A stretch of 25,491 bases of DNA from a virus (IMGVR_UViG_3300037044_000210:1-25491); one strand, 5' to 3'. Numbered from the stretch's first letter, positions 14,884 through 23,883 are shown. The notes: a model not told the origin generated them from the letters alone. Made by a program: numbers and translations.

Positions 14884-14901
14884 CTTTTTTGAAAATCCGG
14901 C

Positions 14902-14930
14902 TTGCATTGGGGAACTTTCGGAAATATTAT
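14902..14930 (+). promoter_or_regulatory. Early (lytic) promoter with overlapping palindrome
   Basis: TTGCAT, 17 bp, TATTAT; TTTCGGAAA palindrome in the spacer. Confidence 0.75.
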
Positions 14931-14967
14931 GGACATGTCAGGCGATTTCGGCAACAAGGAGGCCCCG

Positions 14968-15693
14968 ATGTCGGCACGGAAAACCAACCAAAGAGGAGCA
15001 GGGACGATGAAGCAGGAAGCGAAGGAAAGGACGGAGGGAACCATGACCGAGGCGCTGACGGTGTTCGACTTCCGCGGCCGTCCGGTGCGGACGGTGGAAT
15101 CCGCCGACGGAGAGACCTTCTGGATCGTCAAGGACGTGTGCGACATTCTGGGCATTGGCAACGCCAGTGATGTGATCCGCGCGCTTGAGCCCAGCGAGCT
15201 GGCCTCGATTAAAACGAGGTCAGGTTCCCAAATGAGGCCAATGAACGCCGTCAACGAGAGCGGCCTCTACGCCTTGATCATGCGGAGCCGGAAGCCAGAT
15301 GCCCGCGACTTCCGCAAGTGGGTCACCTCCGAAGTCCTGCCTTCTATCCGCAGGCATGGCGGATACATCAGCAAGCACGCCTCCGCCGACCAGGTTGCCG
15401 CCTTGATCGAAGATCATGCCCGCGAGCGGCAGGCCTTGTTCGCGACGGTTGGTGAACAAAGCATTGAGCTTTCCGAACTGAAGGCTGAACGCCGGAGGGC
15501 ACGCGAAGCGCTTGCCTTGATGCGCCCGGTCTGCGATTTCGGCGAAATCTCCCCCCGCAACAACCTCCCCCGTACCAAGTTCCGTCGCTCGACCTTCTGC
15601 TCTACCCAGGCCAACCTCGGGACCATCGCTCAGGCCGTTCAACTCCTACTGCCTTTTCTCCAGACTATCGAGCCGGAGGAGTCCCCGCGATGA
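14968..15693 (+). CDS. Bro-N domain protein (antirepressor-like)
   Basis: FDFRGRPVRTV...FWIVKDVCDILG...VNESGLYALIMRSRKPDARDFRKWVTSEVLPSIRRHGGY. Start is uncertain (14968, 15007 or 15043). Confidence 0.9.
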   Translation: MSARKTNQRGAGTMKQEAKERTEGTMTEALTVFDFRGRPVRTVESADGETFWIVKDVCDILGIGNASDVIRALEPSELASIKTRSGSQMRPMNAVNESGLYALIMRSRKPDARDFRKWVTSEVLPSIRRHGGYISKHASADQVAALIEDHARERQALFATVGEQSIELSELKAERRRAREALALMRPVCDFGEISPRNNLPRTKFRRSTFCSTQANLGTIAQAVQLLLPFLQTIEPEESPR

Positions 15694-16292
15694 CGACGCT
15701 CCGGACCAAGGTTGCTACGTCGGCCGACAAGCTATTCCCGCCGACGTACCCCGTCGCGCAGATCTTTAACTTTATCAACGAGGTAGCGCGGCTTTCCACC
15801 CCCAAAACCGGAGAAGGAGACGGAGCGATGAAGAGGAGCAAGAACGAGGTGACGATGCAGGAGACGCAGGATCAGTTGCTGGAGAGCGTCGGGATTCCCT
15901 GCCCGGCTGATCCCGCCTATGTGAGGGCGATGTTCCTCCTGACGGCGCTCCTGAGGCTGGGGCGCCTGTACGACGCTGTGCATCCGCAGCCGACCCCCGA
16001 GGAGATGTCCAGCTGGAATGAGGATCAACTCTTGGCCTTCAACCACATTGAATACTTCGCCAACGAGGAGCGCAAGAAGTGGCTGGCGAAGAACCCGTCC
16101 CCCATGGATCTGCACGAGAAGCAAAAGGATCAGGTGGTCGGCGATTTCCAGCAATTGATCGAGGAGTTCAACGCCAAGGGCAGGACGCACACGGATCGGC
16201 AACTGGACAACAGGATGCTCGACATACTGGCCGAGATGGTCAAGCGCAGCAGGAGCCTCAAGAGGCAGGCGCGCAGAAAGGCACGATCATGA
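15690..16292 (+). CDS. Hypothetical protein
   Basis: 200-aa ORF with ATGA overlaps at both ends; alternative start MKRSK near 15828. Confidence 0.65.
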   Translation: MTTLRTKVATSADKLFPPTYPVAQIFNFINEVARLSTPKTGEGDGAMKRSKNEVTMQETQDQLLESVGIPCPADPAYVRAMFLLTALLRLGRLYDAVHPQPTPEEMSSWNEDQLLAFNHIEYFANEERKKWLAKNPSPMDLHEKQKDQVVGDFQQLIEEFNAKGRTHTDRQLDNRMLDILAEMVKRSRSLKRQARRKARS

Positions 16293-16531
16293 CGACGCTT
16301 CGCCCGACGGTATTCATTGGCGACGCGCGCATGTCGCGCGCGATGGATCCTGCGCAGCAACCTGGCGGGGTGTCTCGGCCGTATGGCTGCCGTCGTCACC
16401 TGCGGATATCGCAACGTCGTCGTCGGATCGAGGCGACGAAGTGGGTGCTGTTCGCGATCGCCATGGTCATCGCCCTCGGCCCAGCCGCAGTCGCGGTCTG
16501 GGCCTGGGGACAATACTTCGGAGCCTGGTGA
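16289..16531 (+). CDS. Small membrane protein
   Basis: ATGA overlap; basic patch followed by TM segment WVLFAIAMVIALGPAAVAVWAW. Confidence 0.6.
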   Translation: MTTLRPTVFIGDARMSRAMDPAQQPGGVSRPYGCRRHLRISQRRRRIEATKWVLFAIAMVIALGPAAVAVWAWGQYFGAW

Positions 16532-16590
16532 TGTGCAGGATCAGTCAAGCCAATCTCAAGACCGAAACCCAAAAGGAGAGGAGCGAGAGA

Positions 16591-16812
16591 ATGAAAAAGG
16601 TTAAGGCGGAGAGGAAGCCGGATCTACGGGGTCCGGTTGTACAGGCGCGCACGATAAAGGAAGGAACCAGCGGAAAGGGCCCGGTGCTTTCAACCATCGC
16701 CGTTCTTTTTGACACCGAAGGAAAGCCTCTGCAAAAGATCACGCGGCACATTCACCTTTGCCCGCAGTGCTCTACCACAGTGACTTATCGCCCCCTTGGG
16801 CCCCGGGGATGA
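16591..16812 (+). CDS. Small basic protein with HxHxCxxC motif
   Basis: AGGAG SD before MKKVKAE; HIHLCPQC. Alternative start 16531. Confidence 0.5.
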   Translation: MKKVKAERKPDLRGPVVQARTIKEGTSGKGPVLSTIAVLFDTEGKPLQKITRHIHLCPQCSTTVTYRPLGPRG

Positions 16813-16966
16813 CCTGCGAATCACGCTTCAACTTGGAGACTTCCATGGCAAGATCGCGAATCATGGTGAGGATGGTGGCCAGGCCCTCCTTGTCCATTCC
16901 CTTGCCATGTCCCAGGCCGGCAATCGCCTGTTCGCACTTTTCCGCGACTTTTCTGGCATTGTTCAT
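16772..16966 (-). CDS. 64-aa hypothetical protein, counter-oriented (moron-like)
   Basis: AAGGGAG SD before MNNARKVAEK; own promoter upstream. Confidence 0.55.
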   Translation of the reverse strand: MNNARKVAEKCEQAIAGLGHGKGMDKEGLATILTMIRDLAMEVSKLKRDSQVIPGAQGGDKSLW

Positions 16967-17006
16967 GATTCTCTCCCTTTTTTCATTGGCTCCGGACGCA
17001 TCCCAA

Positions 17007-17035
17007 ACCCTATCCCGGATCATCGCCCCATGCAA
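17007..17035 (-). promoter_or_regulatory. Sigma70-type promoter, antisense to early operon
   Basis: TTGCAT, 17 bp, TAGGGT on the minus strand. Confidence 0.55.
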
Positions 17036-17233
17036 GTGAGCGAACACAAAACCCAAGGAACCCAGGCAGGTAGCTGCGGACAGCCCTGCGAGGTGTGGTC
17101 ACGTTGCTGCGGATATTTTCGCCCCATCTCCAACTGGAACCAGGGGAAGAAAGAGGAGTTCAAGGAACGGAAACCATTCAGGCCGCCAGCGGGACCGGCG
17201 AAGAAGGGAGCAGGGAATGGAAAGATGGAGTGA
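17030..17233 (+). CDS. Stand-alone NrdD C-terminal (glycyl-radical loop) small protein
   Basis: CEVWSRCCGYFRPISNWNQGKKEEFKERK matches the class III RNR C-terminal consensus (CEVYSRVVGYLRPV..WN.GK..EF..R). Start 17030 or GTG 17036. Confidence 0.85.
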   Translation: MQVSEHKTQGTQAGSCGQPCEVWSRCCGYFRPISNWNQGKKEEFKERKPFRPPAGPAKKGAGNGKME

Positions 17234-17519
17234 GGCGGTGGATCCCGATTCCCCCGACCGCATCTGCATGCGAGACGAGGAGGACAGGCATTACCGCCGC
17301 ATGACTGCGGAGGTAATGCTTCGGAAAGTTGAATGTGACTTTGAGAAAAAATGGCCGCGAAAGTATCTAACCTATCTTGCCTGGAAGAAGAACCCTGGAC
17401 AGTCGAAGAACAAGTTGGCAAGGCGTCTGAAAATCAGCCACATGACAGTCTGGCGTCATATCCGGGATTTCAACGACTACGCGCATAGCAGGTCGATCAA
17501 CAGGAGGAAGACGGCATGA
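17217..17519 (+). CDS. HTH DNA-binding protein (possible transcription regulator)
   Basis: C-terminal SKNKLARRLKISHMTVWRHI helix-turn-helix. Confidence 0.65.
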   Translation: MERWSEAVDPDSPDRICMRDEEDRHYRRMTAEVMLRKVECDFEKKWPRKYLTYLAWKKNPGQSKNKLARRLKISHMTVWRHIRDFNDYAHSRSINRRKTA

Positions 17520-18103
17520 ACAGCGATGGAGATAGGATTTTGGTGGCCATGTTTTCAATTCCGGCCCCGGCCTGGAGAACCTTGCGTCACTTGGCCACCA
17601 AGGACGAGGTCAAGGTCGAAGTGACGGGACTAAGGCTTTTGTGCATTCCCCGCCAAAATGTTGATCGCGCCAAGGTTTTAGGCAACGTCGCTGTCGTGGT
17701 AAACAGGAAGAGGCAGGCGAAAGGATGCAGAATCTTTTGGCGTGGCCATGAATTTTGCGGTGCCGATGTCATCGAAGCCACGGATTCCCTGCTTGAAAGC
17801 AACAATCCCTTGAACCGATCGAGGGAAATCCGGTGGGACGGTGATTCCGCCTGGCGTCTGCTGCGCACCCTGGCGCGTGGCGAAGGCGCTCTCTGGATCA
17901 TCGCGCGGAACAAGGGCCTGCTGGGGAAACCTGCGGACATGGGCGAAGTGGAGCTGACGATCCGGCCGGGAATGACCGGCTGCATCATTGTCTGGAACGG
18001 GGAGCGTTACCCTGGGAGCGACGTGACCGAGGCCGCCGCCAACCTGCGCCATCGGCTCAAATGCCTGGCGAAGCTGATCCAGCCGAAGGGGCATGCGGCA
18101 TGA
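17516..18103 (+). CDS. Hypothetical protein with two internal repeats
   Basis: AGGAGG SD and ATGA overlaps; AWR.LR.LA...GC.I.W.G....G.DV.EA occurs twice. Confidence 0.7.
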   Translation: MNSDGDRILVAMFSIPAPAWRTLRHLATKDEVKVEVTGLRLLCIPRQNVDRAKVLGNVAVVVNRKRQAKGCRIFWRGHEFCGADVIEATDSLLESNNPLNRSREIRWDGDSAWRLLRTLARGEGALWIIARNKGLLGKPADMGEVELTIRPGMTGCIIVWNGERYPGSDVTEAAANLRHRLKCLAKLIQPKGHAA

Positions 18104-18531
18104 CCAACAACCATTCAACCGCGCTGACCGAGGACATGGATATGATCCGTGACCGTCTCGAAGACCACTGCGACAGCCTGGAGATCTCCGCGATCGGCGA
18201 CTCCCTGATCTCGGTGTCGGCGACGGTGAATATGGTGGTGAGCCCCGCCTACGGATGCGCGGTGATGCATCCCCAGGTAGCGGCCGAGGTCGGCCGGTTC
18301 TACCGAGAAGACGGAAGCCTCGGAGAAAACCGCATCCTGATCCGCCTGGCCAGCGGACGCAAGGCAAGCATCAAGCTGACCCCCGGCACGGTTGTTGCAA
18401 AGCCCGTGCAACTGCGCTTCACCCCGACGCCCCAGGAGATCGAGGATAGCATCCGGGCCACGGTACCGGTCGGCCAGTATTGCCCGCCGGCTGCGGCCGG
18501 CAAGGAACTGTCCCAACCAACCCTTTTATAA
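18100..18531 (+). CDS. Hypothetical protein
   Basis: ATGA overlap; high-GC third positions; ends QPTLL. Confidence 0.65.
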   Translation: MTNNHSTALTEDMDMIRDRLEDHCDSLEISAIGDSLISVSATVNMVVSPAYGCAVMHPQVAAEVGRFYREDGSLGENRILIRLASGRKASIKLTPGTVVAKPVQLRFTPTPQEIEDSIRATVPVGQYCPPAAAGKELSQPTLL

Positions 18532-18543
18532 GGAGCAGGAGCC

Positions 18544-19083
18544 ATGCAGAGGAAAATGAAGACAGCGATGGACCCCGTGACCGAGGCAGACGAACTCATG
18601 ATGGAGATCGCCAAGCTGGAGATTTCTCTGGCGCGCAAGGCGGCCGCCATCGAGGAGCGGATCGCCGCGCTCAAGGACGGCCATGTCTCCGGATCCGCGG
18701 ATGCCATCGCCAGGCTGGAGGACGCCCAGGCCGGTCTCAACGATCGCATCGGCAAGATCTTCGGCAAGGAGCCTCCGCGCAGCCGCACCTGTCCGGCCGG
18801 CCGCTACGGCATCCACCGGGTGGCCCGGCTCAAGATCGTCAACCCCGCCAAGGTCATCAGCTTCGCCAGGCAGACCAGCCTGCCGCTGTTCACCACCGTC
18901 GAGCGCGTGGACAAGCAGGCGATCCGCGCCGCCATCAAGGACGGCTGGCGCGTGCCCGGGGCAATCCTCTCCGTCCAGGACACCCCGTGGCACAAGGTCG
19001 ACCGGGGCATGACCGACGACGCCGCCCAGTCCAGGACCATCGCCAAGGCCGGCAACGGCCATAGCCGGAGGGCCGTGGCATGA
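18544..19083 (+). CDS. gam: Gam-like host-nuclease inhibitor (DNA end-protection)
   Basis: N-terminal coiled coil, then GRYGIHR, and ERVDKQAIRAAIKDG..VPG; AGGAG SD; Mu early-region context. Confidence 0.7.
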   Translation: MQRKMKTAMDPVTEADELMMEIAKLEISLARKAAAIEERIAALKDGHVSGSADAIARLEDAQAGLNDRIGKIFGKEPPRSRTCPAGRYGIHRVARLKIVNPAKVISFARQTSLPLFTTVERVDKQAIRAAIKDGWRVPGAILSVQDTPWHKVDRGMTDDAAQSRTIAKAGNGHSRRAVA

Positions 19084-19265
19084 CCCGTGAACAGGAAATG
19101 GAATTTCTCCGGACGCTGCACAAGCTGAGCGTCGAGTCCGAGCAGCTCCGGCTGGGCGAGGTCGACGCCCTGAATGCCGTCGCCCTTGCGGCCATCATTG
19201 CCCGCAACCTCGAAGACAACCGGATCATCGCCGACATCGCCGGCGCAACCACGGAGCAAGGGTGA
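19080..19265 (+). CDS. Hypothetical 61-aa protein
   Basis: GGAGG SD and ATGA overlap. Confidence 0.6.
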   Translation: MTREQEMEFLRTLHKLSVESEQLRLGEVDALNAVALAAIIARNLEDNRIIADIAGATTEQG

Positions 19266-19266
19266 C

Positions 19267-19464
19267 ATGAGCAAGAGCATGAACGACCTGAGGGGGATGC
19301 TGGCCATGCAGGTCATGGAGGCGTCCAAGCGCGTCGAGGCGCATGACCGGGAAGAGGCCGAGCGCCGCAAGGAGGCCAAGGCCAAGCGCGCCGCCCTGGC
19401 GAAGAAGATCGGCGAGCTGCGCGGCATGTACGAGTCCGGCGCCATCCAGGAGGATTTGCTGTGA
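19267..19464 (+). CDS. Hypothetical 65-aa coiled-coil protein
   Basis: MSKSMNDLRG...IQEDLL; starts just after the previous stop; GTGA overlap with the next gene. Confidence 0.65.
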   Translation: MSKSMNDLRGMLAMQVMEASKRVEAHDREEAERRKEAKAKRAALAKKIGELRGMYESGAIQEDLL

Positions 19465-19805
19465 ACAGAAAAGTTCATGCCAACAAACCTCGCGGATGCA
19501 TCAATGGGATGAAGGAACGACTGCGTGGCTATGAACGAATGGCGTCGATCGCCCAAGGCAAAGACAACTTTGACCAAACGATCGAGGCTATTTGCATGGC
19601 TGTTTCAAGGGAATGCTTCACGAACGCAAAGGATTGGTTGGAATGGGCGCAGCTTTCCTTGGATCGAAATCCGAAAGAGTGCTACATGCTGCGCCGTCTT
19701 GGTGAATACCTCATGACCACTGCCAGCGATTACAAGGAATTGGTCGATTTTTCCCGAACCGTCAGGTTCTTTTCGAGGAGGGTTATTCATGCGAAAAAGC
19801 AATAA
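19461..19805 (+). CDS. Hypothetical protein
   Basis: GTG start with AGGAGG SD; lower GC than flanking genes. Confidence 0.6.
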   Translation: MNRKVHANKPRGCINGMKERLRGYERMASIAQGKDNFDQTIEAICMAVSRECFTNAKDWLEWAQLSLDRNPKECYMLRRLGEYLMTTASDYKELVDFSRTVRFFSRRVIHAKKQ

Positions 19806-20586
19806 ATCAATGTCAATCCCCGTGGCAACGGTCGACGAGCGTAACTCCAATGACCTTGACCAACTGTCAAACATCTATACCTCCATCGACACTCTCGCCA
19901 CCGGAACACAATTTCACAAGGCGATCATCGTATCCACCGCCAGGGAAAGCACCACGCAAAAGGCATGGATGAAATGGGGAACGGAACTCGGGTTGTCGAA
20001 GGTTGAGCTGCATCAACAGAAGATGATCGGCGATGTCGTGATTGCCGGTTGCGGGAGGATGGATAATTTGGGAACCCAAATTGGAAATAATTTGGTATCC
20101 CTAATTATTTCGAGATTTGCAACCACTGCCAGGGACAAGCTGATCAGGCTCTACCGCCTGCTTGATGGCGGCCCCGAGTCGATGATTGCATTCCTGGAAA
20201 CCAATGACCTGTCGCTTCTCACCCGCGAAGAAGTTGGCGTTGCTGTGGATGAGTGGATTGCCAGCAACGGAATGAAGAAGAAAAAGGCTGGACGCAAGAA
20301 GGCGAACAAGGAACCTGCTGGCGACCTGTCTGGATTTCATGCCCCAATACTTCCCCTTCCTGATCTGGCCAGCGAAGCCGCCGGCATGTACATGGATGCC
20401 GGGAAGATAAAGGAGGCCGCCAACACCAGGGAAATGGATCCCGTTGTTTGTCTCAAAGCGGGCGTCGCCTTCCTGCAGATTGGATTCGAGATGCTGGAGT
20501 CCGCCCCGCCTTCACTGTTTAATGGAAACGGATTTGCCAAGACGCTTCGGGAGATGGCGGATTTTTCTTCATCAATCCATAAATAG
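19789..20586 (+). CDS. Hypothetical protein upstream of transposase
   Basis: 265 aa; GAGGAGG SD; Lys-rich linker. Confidence 0.7.
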   Translation: MRKSNKSMSIPVATVDERNSNDLDQLSNIYTSIDTLATGTQFHKAIIVSTARESTTQKAWMKWGTELGLSKVELHQQKMIGDVVIAGCGRMDNLGTQIGNNLVSLIISRFATTARDKLIRLYRLLDGGPESMIAFLETNDLSLLTREEVGVAVDEWIASNGMKKKKAGRKKANKEPAGDLSGFHAPILPLPDLASEAAGMYMDAGKIKEAANTREMDPVVCLKAGVAFLQIGFEMLESAPPSLFNGNGFAKTLREMADFSSSIHK

Positions 20587-20595
20587 CGGATTCCC

Positions 20596-22614
20596 ATGCC
20601 AATTTTCAGCCTTATAGATTTTGGAAATACCGCCCCGGTTTTGCCGATTGTTCGGCAAGAATGCACCGTCGTCAACTTTGAGTCGGAGGCTGTTGTTCGC
20701 GAGGCGGCAGAAAAGCCTACCGCCGCCCTAACGGATGGGCAACGCAAGGTCATGCTGGAACGGCTCAAGTTCTGCCGCACGATATGGGAGATGAGCAGGC
20801 AGGGGATGCCGCAGGAGGAAGCCATCACTCTCGTCTCCGCCCGTGTAGATGAGTATCCGCTTCTTTCCTCCCGCGGCCGCCGTGGCGGCATCACTGCGCT
20901 GAAGCCACACAACTACCGAGGCTGGATGCGGCGCCTTGGCAAGCGTCGCGGAAAACCGAACTGGGCCAACGCCAACGCCCTTGCCGACCTCTATGGGAAG
21001 AACATCCGCGGTGCCGCAGGAGCACCGATCTTCTGGAAAATCTTCAACGGGATATACGAGACCAGGCAGCAACTCAGCATTCGTGAGTCATATCGCCGCG
21101 CCATCAAGTCCATGCAGAGGGAAAAACTTTCCGGATTGCAATGCCCCAGCGAACGCCAGGTGCGGTATTGGCTGGAAAACTATGCGGATCACGGTGCCAT
21201 CGAACTCGCCAGGAAAGGCGAGAAGTACGCCGACGACCGAATCCTTGGATACATCCGGAGAGATTGGTCTCAGGTGCCTCCCAACTGTGCATTGTTTGGC
21301 GACCACCATCAATTCGACTGCATGGTCAAGGTCCCCGGGGAGAGGCCAGGAGAATGGAAATCAGTCCGTCCGTGGATCACTGCCTGGATGGACGCCCGCA
21401 GCCACTACTTTGCCGGATATGTAATCCGTACCGAAGATCCAAGCCATGTCCCAATCGTCTTCTCGCTTGCCTACGCAATACTCGAAGCAAAGACTCCGCC
21501 GGAATACCTATATTTTGACAACGGCAAGGATTACCTGAAGACGGGATTCACCGAGCCATTCATTCCGCGTGGCACGGAAAACCAGATATCCGTTGCCGGC
21601 AACCTCGGAATCAAGACCATCAACAGCCTGCCATATCGCGCCAGGGCAAAGGTCATCGAACGCCTGTTCAGGGAAATCTGCTGCCGTTTCTCAAAGACCT
21701 TCGGGCACTACCTTGGAAGCTGCCCAGGTGACCGCCCAGAATCCTCAAAGTTTTTTCACGACAACCCGCAATATCTGCCAACTATTCAGGAGTTTATCGA
21801 ACTGTTCTCGAAGTTCCTCTCCGAAGACTACCACAGCCGTCCGCAGGATGGCAACGCCCTGGACGGCAAGAGTCCCGCAGAAATGTGGGCTACGCGCCCG
21901 GAAGGCAGGAAGATTGACGAGCGCGATCTGTGGCTTGACTGCATGATCCCGTACACAGAAAATTGCCCGAAGGTCGGGCGCGGTGCCGGCATCCGGGTGG
22001 ATGGCTCGGAATACCGTTCCGACGCACTCTGGAAGTACCGTGATAAATGCGTCATGGTCAAGTTAGATGTCCTCGGCGGAGGACCTCCGCACGCCTTCGA
22101 TCTTGAGGGACGCCACATCTGCCAATTAGAACAACCGCCGATGGTGCCAGCCATCGCCACCACCGACGCCGACCGCAAGATGATTTCAGACGGCATGCGA
22201 GAACAGCGGATGCAGAAGAAAGCCCTTCGGGAAAGGTTGATGGCGGATACCGGTGGCCTTCACCTTCTCGACGCCAACACCATCGAAACCTTCGATCCAA
22301 GCCAGCCGTTCGAGATCGTAAAGGTCGGCCATGGCCCAGGAGCAGTCAAGGCAGGCGGGCACAACTTCTCCCTTCACGTGGTGAAGACCGGCGGGTTCCC
22401 GGCGCAGGCTGCGGCCGGCGATCCGGATGAACGCGAACTGACCGCCGGAGAAGCCAGGCAGGTCAAGCTCCTGGAGTTTGGCCAGGCACAGCAGAATGAA
22501 GACACGGAGCCGGCGGCCGATGCCGAAAGCATCGCCGCCTTTCATTCTTTCCTAACCACCAAGGCAAGGAGCAAGGACGATGACGACCAGGACGGCAGGA
22601 TCGGCAACTTCTGA
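20596..22614 (+). CDS. MuA-like DDE transposase
   Basis: Catalytic motifs GDHHQFD, YFDNGKDY and RAKVIERLF; upstream HTH region (PSERQVRYWL); YHSRPQ...SPAEMW; C-terminal beta domain. Confidence 0.95.
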   Translation: MPIFSLIDFGNTAPVLPIVRQECTVVNFESEAVVREAAEKPTAALTDGQRKVMLERLKFCRTIWEMSRQGMPQEEAITLVSARVDEYPLLSSRGRRGGITALKPHNYRGWMRRLGKRRGKPNWANANALADLYGKNIRGAAGAPIFWKIFNGIYETRQQLSIRESYRRAIKSMQREKLSGLQCPSERQVRYWLENYADHGAIELARKGEKYADDRILGYIRRDWSQVPPNCALFGDHHQFDCMVKVPGERPGEWKSVRPWITAWMDARSHYFAGYVIRTEDPSHVPIVFSLAYAILEAKTPPEYLYFDNGKDYLKTGFTEPFIPRGTENQISVAGNLGIKTINSLPYRARAKVIERLFREICCRFSKTFGHYLGSCPGDRPESSKFFHDNPQYLPTIQEFIELFSKFLSEDYHSRPQDGNALDGKSPAEMWATRPEGRKIDERDLWLDCMIPYTENCPKVGRGAGIRVDGSEYRSDALWKYRDKCVMVKLDVLGGGPPHAFDLEGRHICQLEQPPMVPAIATTDADRKMISDGMREQRMQKKALRERLMADTGGLHLLDANTIETFDPSQPFEIVKVGHGPGAVKAGGHNFSLHVVKTGGFPAQAAAGDPDERELTAGEARQVKLLEFGQAQQNEDTEPAADAESIAAFHSFLTTKARSKDDDDQDGRIGNF

Positions 22615-23662
22615 TCGGGCGCACACTGAGGAAAACCCTGCGCCGGAAGGCGGCATGAGTCGCGATGTCGTGAACATCGGTCTCAACATCTTCAAGAACG
22701 GGATCAAGGACTACTCCGAGCCGGAGCGCGAGCTGCTCGAATGGCTGTGGGGCTACACCTTCGACGAGCTTGCCGGATCGAAGTCGGCCCTCTGCACGGC
22801 CGTCGGCTACGACTGGACTGTCCTCTTCAAGATCTTTACCGGCCGTTACGAGGCTGGCCTGGAGCGCTTTTGCGAGTCGGTCGCCAACCTGCGCAAGCGG
22901 TCCGAGGCGGGCGGAGCAAGGTTTGTCCAGACCGTCGTCACCGAACGGATCGTCGAGGCGCTCGACTACGCCAAGGACTCCCAGGCCATGGTCGCGGTCA
23001 CCGGGCCGACCGGACGCAGCAAGACCCACACCGCCCAATGGTGGGCCAAGCACAACAATCACGGCCGCGCCCGGTACCTGCGCATCCCCTCTGGCTGCAC
23101 CCGCCGCACCATGGTCCAGCTCCTTTGCCGCTCGTGCGGCATCGGCATCAACGGCAAGAAGACCTCGGATCTCGAAGCCCGACTGTTCAAGGCATTCGAC
23201 TTCCGCAACACGATCATAATCGACGAGGCTGGCCACCTGCTCCCCAGGTGCGGCACCGGCGTCAGCGCCATCGAGTTTGTCCGGGACATCCACGACATCT
23301 GCGGATGCGGAGTCGCCCTGGTCTTCACCAACGTCTATCTGGAGGAGTTCCGTCACGGTCGCCTGGCCGCCTACTTCGAGCAATACCTGGGGCGGATCAA
23401 GTTCACCGTGACCATTCCCCAGGAGGTTCTGCGCGACGAGGTCTCCGCCGTCGTCCGCGCCTACCGCGGGGACCCTCCCGAGAAGCTGCTGTCCCTCGCG
23501 ACCAAGCTGGCGCGCGGCCGAGATGGACGACTCCGCACCCTTTTCGAAGATCTCCAACGCGCCAAGGACTGGGCCACCAGGCACGGCCGGGATCTCGGCT
23601 ACGAGGATCTCAAGGTCGCCAGCGACTGGCGCCTGTCCGGCGGCATCTGGCCCACGGAGTAG
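22580..23662 (+). CDS. MuB-like AAA+ transposition ATPase
   Basis: N-terminal HTH-like region, Walker A GPTGRSKT and Walker B IIIDEA; follows MuA. Start 22580 or 22655. Confidence 0.9.
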   Translation: MTTRTAGSATSDRAHTEENPAPEGGMSRDVVNIGLNIFKNGIKDYSEPERELLEWLWGYTFDELAGSKSALCTAVGYDWTVLFKIFTGRYEAGLERFCESVANLRKRSEAGGARFVQTVVTERIVEALDYAKDSQAMVAVTGPTGRSKTHTAQWWAKHNNHGRARYLRIPSGCTRRTMVQLLCRSCGIGINGKKTSDLEARLFKAFDFRNTIIIDEAGHLLPRCGTGVSAIEFVRDIHDICGCGVALVFTNVYLEEFRHGRLAAYFEQYLGRIKFTVTIPQEVLRDEVSAVVRAYRGDPPEKLLSLATKLARGRDGRLRTLFEDLQRAKDWATRHGRDLGYEDLKVASDWRLSGGIWPTE

Positions 23663-23665
23663 CCA

Positions 23666-23857
23666 ATGAGTCATAAACAGTCTCTGCCGGATTCCGCAGC
23701 CGAGAAGGATCGCATCCATCTGTTGCACGAGGCCATCTGCCGATGCGTTACATGCAGGGGAACAACCGACAAGACCAAACTTTGCCGCGTCTGCGCCGCC
23801 AACGAACACGAAATTGAGAAGTTGGTGAATGCCGGACGCGACGCCGTTTCTGAGTAG
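23666..23857 (+). CDS. Small putative zinc-binding protein
   Basis: CVTC...CRVC motifs in 63 aa. Confidence 0.55.
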   Translation: MSHKQSLPDSAAEKDRIHLLHEAICRCVTCRGTTDKTKLCRVCAANEHEIEKLVNAGRDAVSE

Positions 23858-23883
23858 CCATCTTTTTCCACAAGATATATTAT
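23855..23883 (+). promoter_or_regulatory. Putative sigma70 promoter for tRNA-like RNA 2 / gemA
   Basis: TAGCCA, 17 bp, TATTAT within a short AT-rich island. Confidence 0.5.

Noticed and set aside
23003-23030. MuB Walker A variant GPTGRSKT as a sign of inactivation
   Set aside because: The catalytic Lys-Thr and Walker B are intact and the ORF is uninterrupted.
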